DNA from: an uncultured Nitrospiraceae bacterium
Lineage (GTDB): Bacteria > Nitrospirota > Nitrospiria > Nitrospirales > Nitrospiraceae
Direction: 5' to 3'
NCBI GenBank assembly: GCA_963846575.1
Contig: CAWJWJ010000002.1
Span: 1,472,001-1,536,000, forward strand
Length of the DNA stretch: 64,000 nucleotides
In this document: piece after piece, positions 9,089-18,608 of the stretch
Layout: each line of letters opens with the position of its first letter
How positions within the stretch are numbered: the stretch's first letter is position 1
Made by a program: the position numbers and the translations under genes
The notes under the pieces: generated by a model
Told to the model about the DNA's origin: nothing
The model's database searches: none
What the model saw: only the letters and a program-made list of their open reading frames with translations

Positions 9089-10204
9089 ATGAAACCTCTT
9101 GCCGTCCCTACCACGAGCAGGCTCAATCCCGAACGCTCCGCCGTTGACGCATTTCGATCCGCCAGGACCGCCGGCCTCCGGTATGTCTCGGACCTGAGGC
9201 CGGGCATAGCCCGGAAGGGACGAGGGAAACGCGTCTCGTACATCCGCCCGGACGGCACCGTCATTCGCGGGCAGGTGTGTCTGAAGCGGATTCGCTCACT
9301 CGTCATTCCACCGGCTTGGACCGACATCTGGATCTGTCTTGACCCGCAGGGGCACCTGCAGGCCACGGGCCGAGATGTGCGGGGCCGCAAGCAATATCGG
9401 TATCATCCACGCTGGAACGACATCAGAAACGAGACCAAGTACCACCGCATGCTCACCTTCGGCCGCCTGCTGCCGCGCATTCGCCGGCGGGTGACCGCCG
9501 ATCTGAGACGCCCCGGTCTGCCGCGAGAGAAAATTCTCGCCACCGTCGTGCGGCTGCTTGAAGTGACCCTGATCCGGATCGGCAACGAAGAATATGCACG
9601 GACCAACGAGTCCTTCGGCTTGACGACCCTGCGGGATCGCCATGTGAAGGTGAAGGGCAGCACGCTTCGCTTTGAGTTCCACGGAAAAAGCGGGATCCGC
9701 CACAGCGTGGATGTGACCGACCGGCGCCTGGCTCGGATCGTCAGGCAAAGCCAGGAACTCCCCGGATACGAACTCTTTCAGTATCTCGACGAGGACGGGA
9801 CACGGCGGTCCATTACGTCAAGCGACGTCAATGGGTATCTGCAGCGCATCGCCGGTCAGAACTTCACGGCGAAGGACTTCCGCACCTGGGCCGGGACGGT
9901 TCTGGCGGCGCGGGCGCTCAAGGAATACGCGGGGCGATGCGACTCCCTGAAGCAGGCGAAACGAAACGTGGCCGCCGCCATCGGCGTCGTGGCCCTGCAG
10001 TTGGGTAACACGAAGGCCGTCTGTCGAAAGTGTTACATCCACCCGAAGATTGTTCAGGCCTACCTGGACGGCACGTTACTCGATAGTCTCAACCGGCCGG
10101 CACGGCGGGACTCGCTCCGGGCGTTGCCGCGTCTCCCGCCGGAAGAAGCCGCCGTTTTGAGTTTTTTGCATGAGCGCCTCCTGAACTCAGTCGAACTCAC
10201 ATAG
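9089..10204 (+). CDS. Bacterial DNA topoisomerase IB
   Basis: IPPAWTD.WI, GRKQYRYH, RIGN, KDFRTW, catalytic Tyr in CRKCYIHP. Confidence 0.95.
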   Translation: MKPLAVPTTSRLNPERSAVDAFRSARTAGLRYVSDLRPGIARKGRGKRVSYIRPDGTVIRGQVCLKRIRSLVIPPAWTDIWICLDPQGHLQATGRDVRGRKQYRYHPRWNDIRNETKYHRMLTFGRLLPRIRRRVTADLRRPGLPREKILATVVRLLEVTLIRIGNEEYARTNESFGLTTLRDRHVKVKGSTLRFEFHGKSGIRHSVDVTDRRLARIVRQSQELPGYELFQYLDEDGTRRSITSSDVNGYLQRIAGQNFTAKDFRTWAGTVLAARALKEYAGRCDSLKQAKRNVAAAIGVVALQLGNTKAVCRKCYIHPKIVQAYLDGTLLDSLNRPARRDSLRALPRLPPEEAAVLSFLHERLLNSVELT

Positions 10205-10216
10205 AGGGGCATCACC

Positions 10217-12127
10217 ATGAAAGGTGTGGATACAGACGTCGTACCGCAAACTGTTTCTGCATGTCAGGGATCCTCCGCTCACCCCACCCGGCTTGGAGCT
10301 CATGTGACACCCGAAGGGGTGGCCTTCCGCTGCTGGGCGCCGAAGCCCACCACAGTGGAAGTCGTGCTTGAGCCTCAGGGGACGGTCTATGCTTTGAGCA
10401 GAGAGGCCGATGGCTATTGGGTCGGTGTGGTGCCGGAGGCATCGACCGGCATGACGTACCGGTATCGTCTGGATGGTAAAGGACTATACCCTGATCCCTG
10501 TTCACGGTTTCAACCGGATGGACCTCATGGACCGTCGCTGATCGTCGATCGGAACTCGTTCCGGTGGAGCGACCAGGAGTGGGCCGGCCTCACCATGCAC
10601 GGTCAGGTGATATATGAATTGCACATCGGGGCGTTCACCCCCGAAGGAACCTTTGATTCCGCCATCACCCGTCTGGATGCCCTGAAGGAACTGGGAATCA
10701 CCTGCATCGAAGTCATGCCGGTGGCGGAATGCCCGGGCCGGTGGAACTGGGGATACGACGGGGTCGGTCTCTATGCGACGACCCACGTCTATGGCAACCA
10801 GGATGGCTTGAAACGGTTCGTGGACGAAGCGCATCGACGGGGACTCGGGGTGATCCTCGACGTGGTCTACAATCACCTGGGTCCGGAAGGGAATTACCTG
10901 CCGGCGTTCAGCGATGACTACTTTACCGACCGCTATCCGAATGAGTGGGGTCAGGCCATCAATTTTGACGGAGCTGGTTCGTCGGGAGTGCGGGAATTTT
11001 TCATTCAAAACGCCTGCTACTGGATCGAGGAGTTTCATCTGGATGGGCTCAGGCTGGACGCGGTCCATGCCTTTCATGACAGCGGTCCGGTTCATGTGAT
11101 TGCGGAACTCTCTCAAGCGGCCAGGCGGGCGGCCGGCAGCAGATCGATCATTCTGATCGCCGAATGCGAAGCCCAATGGATCTGCACCATTCAGCCGGTG
11201 GCGCAGCAAGGGTGGGGACTTGATGCAGTCTGGAGCGAAGATTTTCACCATACCACCCGCGTGGCGGCCACCGGGCGAAGCGAGGGCTATTACACCGATT
11301 ACCGGGGCACGCCCCAGGAACTCATCTCCTGTGTCAAACGGGGATTCCTCTATCAAGGCCAGCGATACCAATGGCAGCAGAAACCACGGGGAACCGTCGT
11401 CACGGGAGAGCCGGCGGACGGGTTCGTCTTCTTTCTTCAAAACCACGATCAGGTGGCCAATCAGTTGCGTGGCGACCGCCTGCACCAGAAGACCAGCCCC
11501 GGGGTCTACCGTGCCCTGACGGCGCTGCTCCTGTTGGTCCCTCAGACTCCCATGTTGTTCATGGGCCAGGAATTCGCGGCCTCCGCTCCCTTCATGTTCT
11601 TCGCAGATTTTCCACCGGGCGAACTGGCGCGGCAGATCCACGAAGGCAGGAAACAGTTTTTGGCGCAATTTCCGAGTTACGGGTCGCCGGATGCACAGGC
11701 CGCGATCGCCGATCCTTCTGCCGCGGCGGTCTATCGCCGGTCGAAACTAGATTGGTCGGAGCGCGAACGGCATGTTGAGTCCTATGCGTTGCACCGGGAC
11801 CTGCTCCGGCTGCGCCGCGAGGATGCGGTTATTGCCCAACAGGCGCGCGATCGCGTGGACGGTGCCGTGATCGGACCGGCGGCCTTCGTGCTGCGGTACG
11901 CCGGGCCGGCAGGAGAGGATCGGCTCCTGGTCGTCAATCTGGGCGCCGACCACGACTTTCGTCCGGCTCCCGAACCGTTGCTCGCCCCTCCGGCCGGGCG
12001 CTCCTGGTCAATGGCCTGGTCGAGCGATGCCCCCGCCTATGGAGGACCCGGAGTCATCGACCCCCTGACCGACACAGGATGGGTGGTTCCTGGCGGATCG
12101 GCAACATTCTATTCCACGCGACGTTGA
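10217..12127 (+). CDS. treZ: Malto-oligosyltrehalose trehalohydrolase (GH13)
   Basis: NWGYDG, DVVYNHLGPEGNYL, GLRLDAVH, QNHDQVAN, MLFMGQEF. Confidence 0.92.
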   Translation: MKGVDTDVVPQTVSACQGSSAHPTRLGAHVTPEGVAFRCWAPKPTTVEVVLEPQGTVYALSREADGYWVGVVPEASTGMTYRYRLDGKGLYPDPCSRFQPDGPHGPSLIVDRNSFRWSDQEWAGLTMHGQVIYELHIGAFTPEGTFDSAITRLDALKELGITCIEVMPVAECPGRWNWGYDGVGLYATTHVYGNQDGLKRFVDEAHRRGLGVILDVVYNHLGPEGNYLPAFSDDYFTDRYPNEWGQAINFDGAGSSGVREFFIQNACYWIEEFHLDGLRLDAVHAFHDSGPVHVIAELSQAARRAAGSRSIILIAECEAQWICTIQPVAQQGWGLDAVWSEDFHHTTRVAATGRSEGYYTDYRGTPQELISCVKRGFLYQGQRYQWQQKPRGTVVTGEPADGFVFFLQNHDQVANQLRGDRLHQKTSPGVYRALTALLLLVPQTPMLFMGQEFAASAPFMFFADFPPGELARQIHEGRKQFLAQFPSYGSPDAQAAIADPSAAAVYRRSKLDWSERERHVESYALHRDLLRLRREDAVIAQQARDRVDGAVIGPAAFVLRYAGPAGEDRLLVVNLGADHDFRPAPEPLLAPPAGRSWSMAWSSDAPAYGGPGVIDPLTDTGWVVPGGSATFYSTRR

Positions 12128-14211
12128 CCAGGTCTGGCGGGGAAAGGGAGGCACCTCGAATCGTGACGATCAAGCCGGCCGGTCATCTCATCAATCTTGC
12201 GATACCCCGTGAGGCCCTGCAGGACAATCAGGCCCTGCTGTCGAAGGAATGGCTGGTGACGAACGGTCTGGGAGGCTATGCGTCCCAGACTGTGTTGTGC
12301 GCGCCCACCCGGCGGTACCACGGCATCTTCGTCTCGGATCTGCCGTCCCCGTGGGGGAGAACCGTCATGATTCCCCGCCTGGATGAGGAAGCCATCGTCG
12401 ATGGCGACTCGTTCCTCTTGAGCGGTGTCGAGTTCCAGGATGGCCGCGTGCAGAGCGATCTTTCCCCGGTATTCAGCGGATTCACGCGGGAATGGCAGAC
12501 CCCGGTCTGGCGTTGTGTGATCAAGGGACGACGGCTGGAAAAGCGGGTCATCATGCCGTACGGCCACAATTCCGTCTATGTGGAATACCGGTTACTCGAG
12601 GGGGAGGCGATCCGCCTCCACCTCCGTCCCTTCATCACCTTCCGCATGCTGGATGCGCGACTCCATACTGCCCGGCAACCTGCCTTTCCACTCACGGTGA
12701 TCGACGGACGCTACGAAATGCAACTCTCCGAAGGCGCTCCATCCCTGAAGATGTGCCTCCGGCCTGACGGGGGAACCTTCGTCGCGGATTTCATAACCAG
12801 CAGGAGTGTGTGCTACCGGGTGGACCGGGATCGCGGCTCAGACTATATCGAAGATCTCTCAAGTCCCGGATACTTCAGCGTGGATCTCACCGCCGTTCGT
12901 CCCATCGCGTTTCTCGCCAGTACCGAGTCGTGGGACCTCCTGGGGTTTCATCCGGAGGCGATCTTCGAGGCTGAAGCGCAGCGGGTTCGCAGGTTGTTAG
13001 CCGACCGGCCGGACCAGAGCGATGACGACATGGAGCAATGGCTGACCCTGGCGGCCGACCAGTTCATCATCTGTCCCGGTTCACGATTGGAGGAGCAGGC
13101 GCTGGCCCGGGCGTCGGGTGATGAAGCGCGAACGGTGATTGCCGGCTACCATTGGTTCACCGATTGGGGCCGGGACACCATGATCAGTCTGGAAGGACTG
13201 ACCCTCTGCACCGGCCGCTACCGGGAGGCGCGATCGATCCTGCGTACGTTCGCCCACTACATCAAGGATGGGTTGCTGCCTAACTTGTTTCCCGAGGGGC
13301 AACGGACCGCACTGTACCATACCGTGGATGCGACGCTGTGGTACTTCCACGCGCTGGATCGGTATCACCGTGTCACCGGCGATACCGAGACCGTCACGAC
13401 GCTCCTGCCCACCCTGAAAACCGTCATCGACCACCATATGAAGGGCACACATTTCGGGATCCGCGCGGATGCGGAGGATGGGTTATTGAAGGCGGGGGCG
13501 GATGGGCTTCAGCTCACCTGGATGGACGCGAAGGTCGACGGCTGGGTGGTCACCCCTCGGCGTGGCAAGCCGGTGGAGATTCAGGCCCTCTGGTACAACG
13601 CTCTCCGCTGCATGGTCAGCTGGGGAAGGATGACCGGCGAGATGACGGATCGCTGGGAGGAGTTGGCCGTGCGGGCCCAACGGTCGTTCAATGCCCGATT
13701 CTGGCGGGAGGAAGGCGGCTGCCTTTTTGACGTGGTGGACGGAGAGCAGGGGAACGATGCCAGTTTCCGCCCCAATCAGGTGCTGGCTCTCGCGCTTGAG
13801 TATCCGATTCTCGAAGAAGTCCGCTGGCGTTCCGTGGTCGATGCGGTGGCGGAACAACTGCTGACGCCGGTTGGTTTACGGAGTCTCTCCCGGGACCACC
13901 GCGACTACAAGCCGATGTACTTCGGAGACCTTCGAGCGCGGGACGCCGCCTATCATCAGGGCACGGTCTGGGCCTGGTTGATCGGACCCTTTATCGACGC
14001 CTGGCTGAAGGTCTATAAGGATCCCTCCGGGGCCCGTGCGCTGCTGGAGGGATTCCGCTCCCATTTGCTGGACGAAGGTATCGGGACGGTCAGTGAAATT
14101 TTCGATGCGGAACCGCCCTATCACCCGCGGGGGTGCATTGCTCAAGCCTGGAGTGTGGCGGAGGTGCTGCGAGTCTACCGGAAGACGCGGACCGCTTCAG
14201 AGAAGGTCTGA
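12124..14211 (+). CDS. Amylo-alpha-1,6-glucosidase / glycogen debranching enzyme
   Basis: EWLVTNGLGGYAS, AGYHWFTDWGRDT, TWMDAK, YHQGTVW, QAWSVAE; TTG start overlapping the treZ stop (alternative ATG at 12079). Confidence 0.92.
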   Translation: MTRSGGEREAPRIVTIKPAGHLINLAIPREALQDNQALLSKEWLVTNGLGGYASQTVLCAPTRRYHGIFVSDLPSPWGRTVMIPRLDEEAIVDGDSFLLSGVEFQDGRVQSDLSPVFSGFTREWQTPVWRCVIKGRRLEKRVIMPYGHNSVYVEYRLLEGEAIRLHLRPFITFRMLDARLHTARQPAFPLTVIDGRYEMQLSEGAPSLKMCLRPDGGTFVADFITSRSVCYRVDRDRGSDYIEDLSSPGYFSVDLTAVRPIAFLASTESWDLLGFHPEAIFEAEAQRVRRLLADRPDQSDDDMEQWLTLAADQFIICPGSRLEEQALARASGDEARTVIAGYHWFTDWGRDTMISLEGLTLCTGRYREARSILRTFAHYIKDGLLPNLFPEGQRTALYHTVDATLWYFHALDRYHRVTGDTETVTTLLPTLKTVIDHHMKGTHFGIRADAEDGLLKAGADGLQLTWMDAKVDGWVVTPRRGKPVEIQALWYNALRCMVSWGRMTGEMTDRWEELAVRAQRSFNARFWREEGGCLFDVVDGEQGNDASFRPNQVLALALEYPILEEVRWRSVVDAVAEQLLTPVGLRSLSRDHRDYKPMYFGDLRARDAAYHQGTVWAWLIGPFIDAWLKVYKDPSGARALLEGFRSHLLDEGIGTVSEIFDAEPPYHPRGCIAQAWSVAEVLRVYRKTRTASEKV

Positions 14212-14217
14212 CAGGCC

Positions 14218-14946
14218 ATGGCCGTTGTGCGAATCGGCACGTCAGGCTGGCACTACAAACATTGGCTCGGTCCCTACTATCCCCCAGACCTGCCTCTCCG
14301 CGGCATGCTCGATTACTATGCCCGGGACTTTGACAGCGTCGAGATCAACAATAGCTTTTACCGTCTGCCATCACCGGCCACGTTCCAGGCCTGGCGCGAT
14401 GCCACGCCGGAAGATTTCTGTTTTGCCGTGAAGGCCAGCCGCTACCTGACGCATCGGAAAAAACTGATCGAGCCACAGAACCCTCTTGCCACGCTCCTGG
14501 CTGCTGCTCAGGTGTTGGGACAAAAACTCGGACCCGTCCTGTTCCAATTGCCGCCGAACTGGCACTGCCATCTGGCGCGGTTGCGGGAGTTTCTCGGGGC
14601 GCTCCCCCCGGGCCACCGGTACAGCATCGAATTTCGTGATGTCAGCTGGCACAACGAATCCGTCTACCGTTTGCTACGAGCCCACAACGTTGCCTTCTGT
14701 CTCTACGACCTGGGAGGCGTGCAATCCGCGCTCGAGGTCACGGCGGATTTCGTGTACGTGAGGCTGCATGGGCCGGGGGCCAAGTACCAAGGGAGTTACT
14801 CGAAGCGGGCACTCGCGAGCTGGGCCAAGCGGATCGACCGTTGGCGCAGAGCGGATCTTGGCGTCTATGTCTACTTCGATAATGACCAAGCCGGGTATGC
14901 GACCATCAATGCCTTGACGCTCCACGAGGCCTTGCACACCGGTTGA
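14218..14946 (+). CDS. DUF72 (YecE) family protein
   Basis: IGTSGW.Y, VEINNSFY, FAVKASRYLTH, YVRLHG, YFDND. Confidence 0.93.
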   Translation: MAVVRIGTSGWHYKHWLGPYYPPDLPLRGMLDYYARDFDSVEINNSFYRLPSPATFQAWRDATPEDFCFAVKASRYLTHRKKLIEPQNPLATLLAAAQVLGQKLGPVLFQLPPNWHCHLARLREFLGALPPGHRYSIEFRDVSWHNESVYRLLRAHNVAFCLYDLGGVQSALEVTADFVYVRLHGPGAKYQGSYSKRALASWAKRIDRWRRADLGVYVYFDNDQAGYATINALTLHEALHTG

Positions 14947-14963
14947 TCCTGTGGTGATCCACA

Positions 14964-16331
14964 CTAGTCCCGTGCCCTGTGAGGCGGCCCGGTTGAACGG
15001 GGCTGCTGCTTGCCCCGGGGATCGCGCCCCTCGTAAGTCGCCCGTTCATCGGAGAATGAAAACTTTCCATAGATCAGATACCCGTCGTATGCGCGCCCCG
15101 TTTCTCTGGTCCAACCCATGGTAAGCATCATCAGCATCGCGCAAAGCGACAGGGCCACGAGGAGCTTCGGGCTGAAACGGTCTCCGCCGCTCTCCGGCCG
15201 CTCCGGCCACCACAGGGCACGACCGGAAAACGATCGGAAAAAATAGGCCCAGTTCAGCAGGCCGAACAGGACGAGGACCGCGATGGCAAAATATTTGTTC
15301 GGTTGCATCTTTCCAAGCGGATTGATCGTCGCATCACTGAGCAGCGGAAAAAACGGCAGGTGCTGAAGCTGATAGGGCATGGAGAAGATCAGTCCGGCCA
15401 TGGTCACCACAACGAGGGAAACCGGGAGGACCAGCCGCCCGGTGGCCTGGGTCGAGAGGGCCGGCCTGACGGCGCGCCAGATGTAGAACGACCCGATCAC
15501 GATCAGGAGGCTGTACAGCAGGGCGACCAGGTCGAACAGCCCGGATCGGCCACCCAACATCAGCGTATGAAACACTTGCGGTTCCGTGTACCGGATCCGC
15601 AGGAGATACTGGTAGCCAAGGATCGGCATGATCAGCAATGCGCCGAATCCGATGGTGAAACAGACGCCGCCCGCCCAGCGATAAAACGTCCGATCCTCGT
15701 CCGTTTTGGCCCGTAACAGGCCGATGGCCGTCAGCGCTGCGAGGCCGAAGCCGGTCCAGGTGAGGTTGCCGAAGAATCGATGGACATCCAGATGAATCAT
15801 CGTCGGATTGAACACCACATTTGCAAAGTCATTGAGAGGCCGGGGCGTGAGCATGTAGGAGGCGACGATGTCGATCATCAACATGGCGATGAGCGACGCG
15901 GCTGCCGCGAGCCATCCAAAGCTGAGATGCCATCCCTTCCGCACCCGGTTCCGGGCGGCCCAGTCCCAGGAGTAATACCAGAGATAGGCGAAGACGGCCT
16001 CGGCCAGGAACAACGATGTTTCCAGAATGAGCGGCCAGAACATGATGCGAAAGAGGGTGCTCCAGAAGTGCGGCCAGAACACGTTCAGCGAGAAGATCAG
16101 AGCCACTCCCAGGAACGACACGGCGGCGGTCGTGAAGATCAAGGTGAAGGCGATGAGTCGGGACAACCGTTCGAAGCGCGGGTGCCTGGCCACGTAGCCG
16201 ATGGTTTCGCTCGCCGCGCCGATCAGGGTGGACCCGACAATGAAGGTTGCAAACAGGGCATGAGTGAGCGCCGCGGCCGCAATGGCGATCCGGCCGTACA
16301 TCATGGGAATATCGAGAGGCTCCACATCCAT
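14964..16331 (-). CDS. Cytochrome bd-like oxidase, CydA-like subunit 2
   Basis: Multi-TM protein; ALTHALF, VHRFFGN and MGWTRETGR align by eye with CydA His19, His186 and GWxxxExGR. Confidence 0.75.
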   Translation of the reverse strand: MDVEPLDIPMMYGRIAIAAAALTHALFATFIVGSTLIGAASETIGYVARHPRFERLSRLIAFTLIFTTAAVSFLGVALIFSLNVFWPHFWSTLFRIMFWPLILETSLFLAEAVFAYLWYYSWDWAARNRVRKGWHLSFGWLAAAASLIAMLMIDIVASYMLTPRPLNDFANVVFNPTMIHLDVHRFFGNLTWTGFGLAALTAIGLLRAKTDEDRTFYRWAGGVCFTIGFGALLIMPILGYQYLLRIRYTEPQVFHTLMLGGRSGLFDLVALLYSLLIVIGSFYIWRAVRPALSTQATGRLVLPVSLVVVTMAGLIFSMPYQLQHLPFFPLLSDATINPLGKMQPNKYFAIAVLVLFGLLNWAYFFRSFSGRALWWPERPESGGDRFSPKLLVALSLCAMLMMLTMGWTRETGRAYDGYLIYGKFSFSDERATYEGRDPRGKQQPRSTGPPHRARD

Positions 16332-16335
16332 CGTG

Positions 16336-17586
16336 TCAGTTCCTTCCGGCGTCAAAATGGCCTGGATCTGATATCCCGCTGGGGCCCCGATCGGCGGCGG
16401 GCTGACGCAGTTCGTCCTGGAGGGAAATGCGGCCACGGACGGTATCGGGCCGGCGTGACGTTTCCCTGATGGTGCCCATCGTCAGATAAGTCAGGATCGA
16501 CAGGAGGCCGATTCCGAGCGCGAGGGGTCTGAACAGCGCGCTCGAGCCGTCGATGGCCCTGAAATATGTCCCGCCCCGGGCGATCAGGTACCACACAGTC
16601 ACTCCGATCAGCAGGAAGAGGAACAGCCGTCGCATCGGCGGAGAGCCGACCGAGGCCACCATCAGCAGCGTGCTCGCCACCATTCCGGCATCGTACCAGC
16701 GAGTGGTGGGGAGCGCAGGCCCCGCCGACCGTATGAGCAGGTAGTTGCCGAGAAAGAGCAGGCCGATCAGGATGAATTGCACATAGACGAAGGGCTGGTA
16801 GGGGCCTTGGATCAGTTGCTCGTACGCACCCGGTGCGGCCCGACGGAACAGCGTCGCGTACAACCATCCGGTAAGCGGTTGGAGGAGGAGGCTGGCCAGC
16901 CCGATGACCCAGCCGGTTTTGAAGAGGTGCAGGTAATAGGGGCGGACCTCTTGGTCTTGAGACCGCCCGGCTCGCCAGGCTCCATAGGCGGCGATCACAA
17001 ATCCGGCGATCACAAAATTGCCCCCCATCCGATGGAGCACCAGGGGGAGCCAGGTGTCGTTCAAGAGGTCGGCCCATGCTCCCTCTTCCGATACGGGGGT
17101 CAGCATGTAGGAGCCCATCCCGTCCAGCATGAAGACCCAGCAAAGCATGAGGAAGGCTGCCGATCCTCCCAGGGTCACGTGCAGCCTGTGGCTATAACCC
17201 CTGAGCCGTTCCCAGAAATGGTAATAGGGGTAGAGAAGCAGGAGTTGCAGGAAGAAGGCGCCCATGCCGAACCAGATCGGGAGGCGGAACTGATTCCACA
17301 TCCACATCGTCGTGACCGGGAAGAGGCCGATCATGAGGTCCAGCATGATCACGGCGAGAACGGTGCTCACACTGAACACGACGATCGTAAAGCGGGTCAG
17401 GGTGCGCGAAAGGTCGAGATCGAAGGGATTGGTGCGGCCTCTCCATTCGAGCCATGGGGCCAGCAGCATGAACGCGACCGAAGGCGCCGCGAGCGTGATG
17501 TGCAGCAGGCTGAATAGTCCCACGACCAGGCTGTTGCCCAGGAGCGGGAAGCGAATCGCTTCGAGTTCAGTTCCGAAACCATCCAT
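16336..17586 (-). CDS. Cytochrome bd-like oxidase, CydA-like subunit 1
   Basis: LLHITL, SYMLTP, LHRMGGN, MGTIRETSRRP. Confidence 0.75.
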   Translation of the reverse strand: MDGFGTELEAIRFPLLGNSLVVGLFSLLHITLAAPSVAFMLLAPWLEWRGRTNPFDLDLSRTLTRFTIVVFSVSTVLAVIMLDLMIGLFPVTTMWMWNQFRLPIWFGMGAFFLQLLLLYPYYHFWERLRGYSHRLHVTLGGSAAFLMLCWVFMLDGMGSYMLTPVSEEGAWADLLNDTWLPLVLHRMGGNFVIAGFVIAAYGAWRAGRSQDQEVRPYYLHLFKTGWVIGLASLLLQPLTGWLYATLFRRAAPGAYEQLIQGPYQPFVYVQFILIGLLFLGNYLLIRSAGPALPTTRWYDAGMVASTLLMVASVGSPPMRRLFLFLLIGVTVWYLIARGGTYFRAIDGSSALFRPLALGIGLLSILTYLTMGTIRETSRRPDTVRGRISLQDELRQPAADRGPSGISDPGHFDAGRN

Positions 17587-17597
17587 AGGATATCGTC

Positions 17598-18608
17598 CTA
17601 CCGGTGAGACGGCGGACTATCGGCCTTCATGGACGCGACGAATGACGCCAGCATCATGCGTTCGTCGGCAGACAACTCCCCGCGGAACGACGGCATCATG
17701 TCCTTGCCCTGCGTGAGGATGTCGTAAATCTCAGTGCGCGTCAGGGCTCGAACCCTCGCCGTCCGCAGATTGGCCGGCAGCTGGTTCAGGTAGGGAGCCA
17801 CCGGACCGGTTCCCTCGCCGCCTTCGCCATGGCAGGGCAGGCAATTGATCCGAAACAATTCCCCGGCACGGTCGGGCAGCCGATCGGCGGCCAGGGCCGC
17901 GTGGGAGATCACGGTCCGGCTGTCCCGGGGAATGCTGCCGGATGGAGAATGCAATCGCGGAGCTTCCTGACTTTGATAGGATTGCTGCTCCTGCATGTCC
18001 TGAGAACAGCCCGCCGCCGCGAGACAGCAGAGCGTCAACATGGCCACGGTGTGAGCGGGGCTCTGTCCCTTGAGGAGCGGAAGGTCGCCGGAGACCGACC
18101 GGATATCCTGCGCGCCGGCTTCTTCCAGGATCCTCCTCACGGCTGCTGCCTGGCCGTCGCGAACATCCCGCACCGACAGGGCCAGCCGCCCCTCGTCAAT
18201 CCTGGCCTCACGATCGACGGTCAGATTCCGGGATCCCCTGATCCTGACGATCATGGTGACAAACGTCACCATGATCGCCATCAACATCATGGTTTCGTAG
18301 GAGATAATCCCCACCACTGGAGCCGCGACAATCGGTTTGCCACCCGTCATCAAGGGATAAAGAACCGCAGTGCCGGCGGCAAAAAACAGGCCGATCCCGA
18401 TGCCCACCAACCCTGCCGCGATCGTGAGTCCATAGGGCCAGAAGGGCGGGTGTGGCTGAGTTCTGGGATCGGCCAGCGGGATTGGAGAAAGGAGGGTGAT
18501 CTGCTCCTGGGAAATGCCGATCCTTTCCAATCGAAGGCGGGACGAATCGATGTCGGCATCCGGCGGGAAGAGCGCGAGCAGCCCGATCCTCGTCTGATTC
18601 TCAACCAT
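17598..18608 (-). CDS. Alternative complex III ActD (DUF3341)-ActE (monoheme cytochrome c) fusion
   Basis: YPLMTGGKP...ISYE (ActD); AGCSQDM..Q, CLPCHG and MPSF (ActE). Confidence 0.85.
   Translation of the reverse strand: MVENQTRIGLLALFPPDADIDSSRLRLERIGISQEQITLLSPIPLADPRTQPHPPFWPYGLTIAAGLVGIGIGLFFAAGTAVLYPLMTGGKPIVAAPVVGIISYETMMLMAIMVTFVTMIVRIRGSRNLTVDREARIDEGRLALSVRDVRDGQAAAVRRILEEAGAQDIRSVSGDLPLLKGQSPAHTVAMLTLCCLAAAGCSQDMQEQQSYQSQEAPRLHSPSGSIPRDSRTVISHAALAADRLPDRAGELFRINCLPCHGEGGEGTGPVAPYLNQLPANLRTARVRALTRTEIYDILTQGKDMMPSFRGELSADERMMLASFVASMKADSPPSHR

Noticed and set aside
10502..11668. 388-aa minus-strand ORF, and similar long antisense ORFs over actC, trpB and lysS
   Set aside because: Fully overlap well-supported genes on the opposite strand
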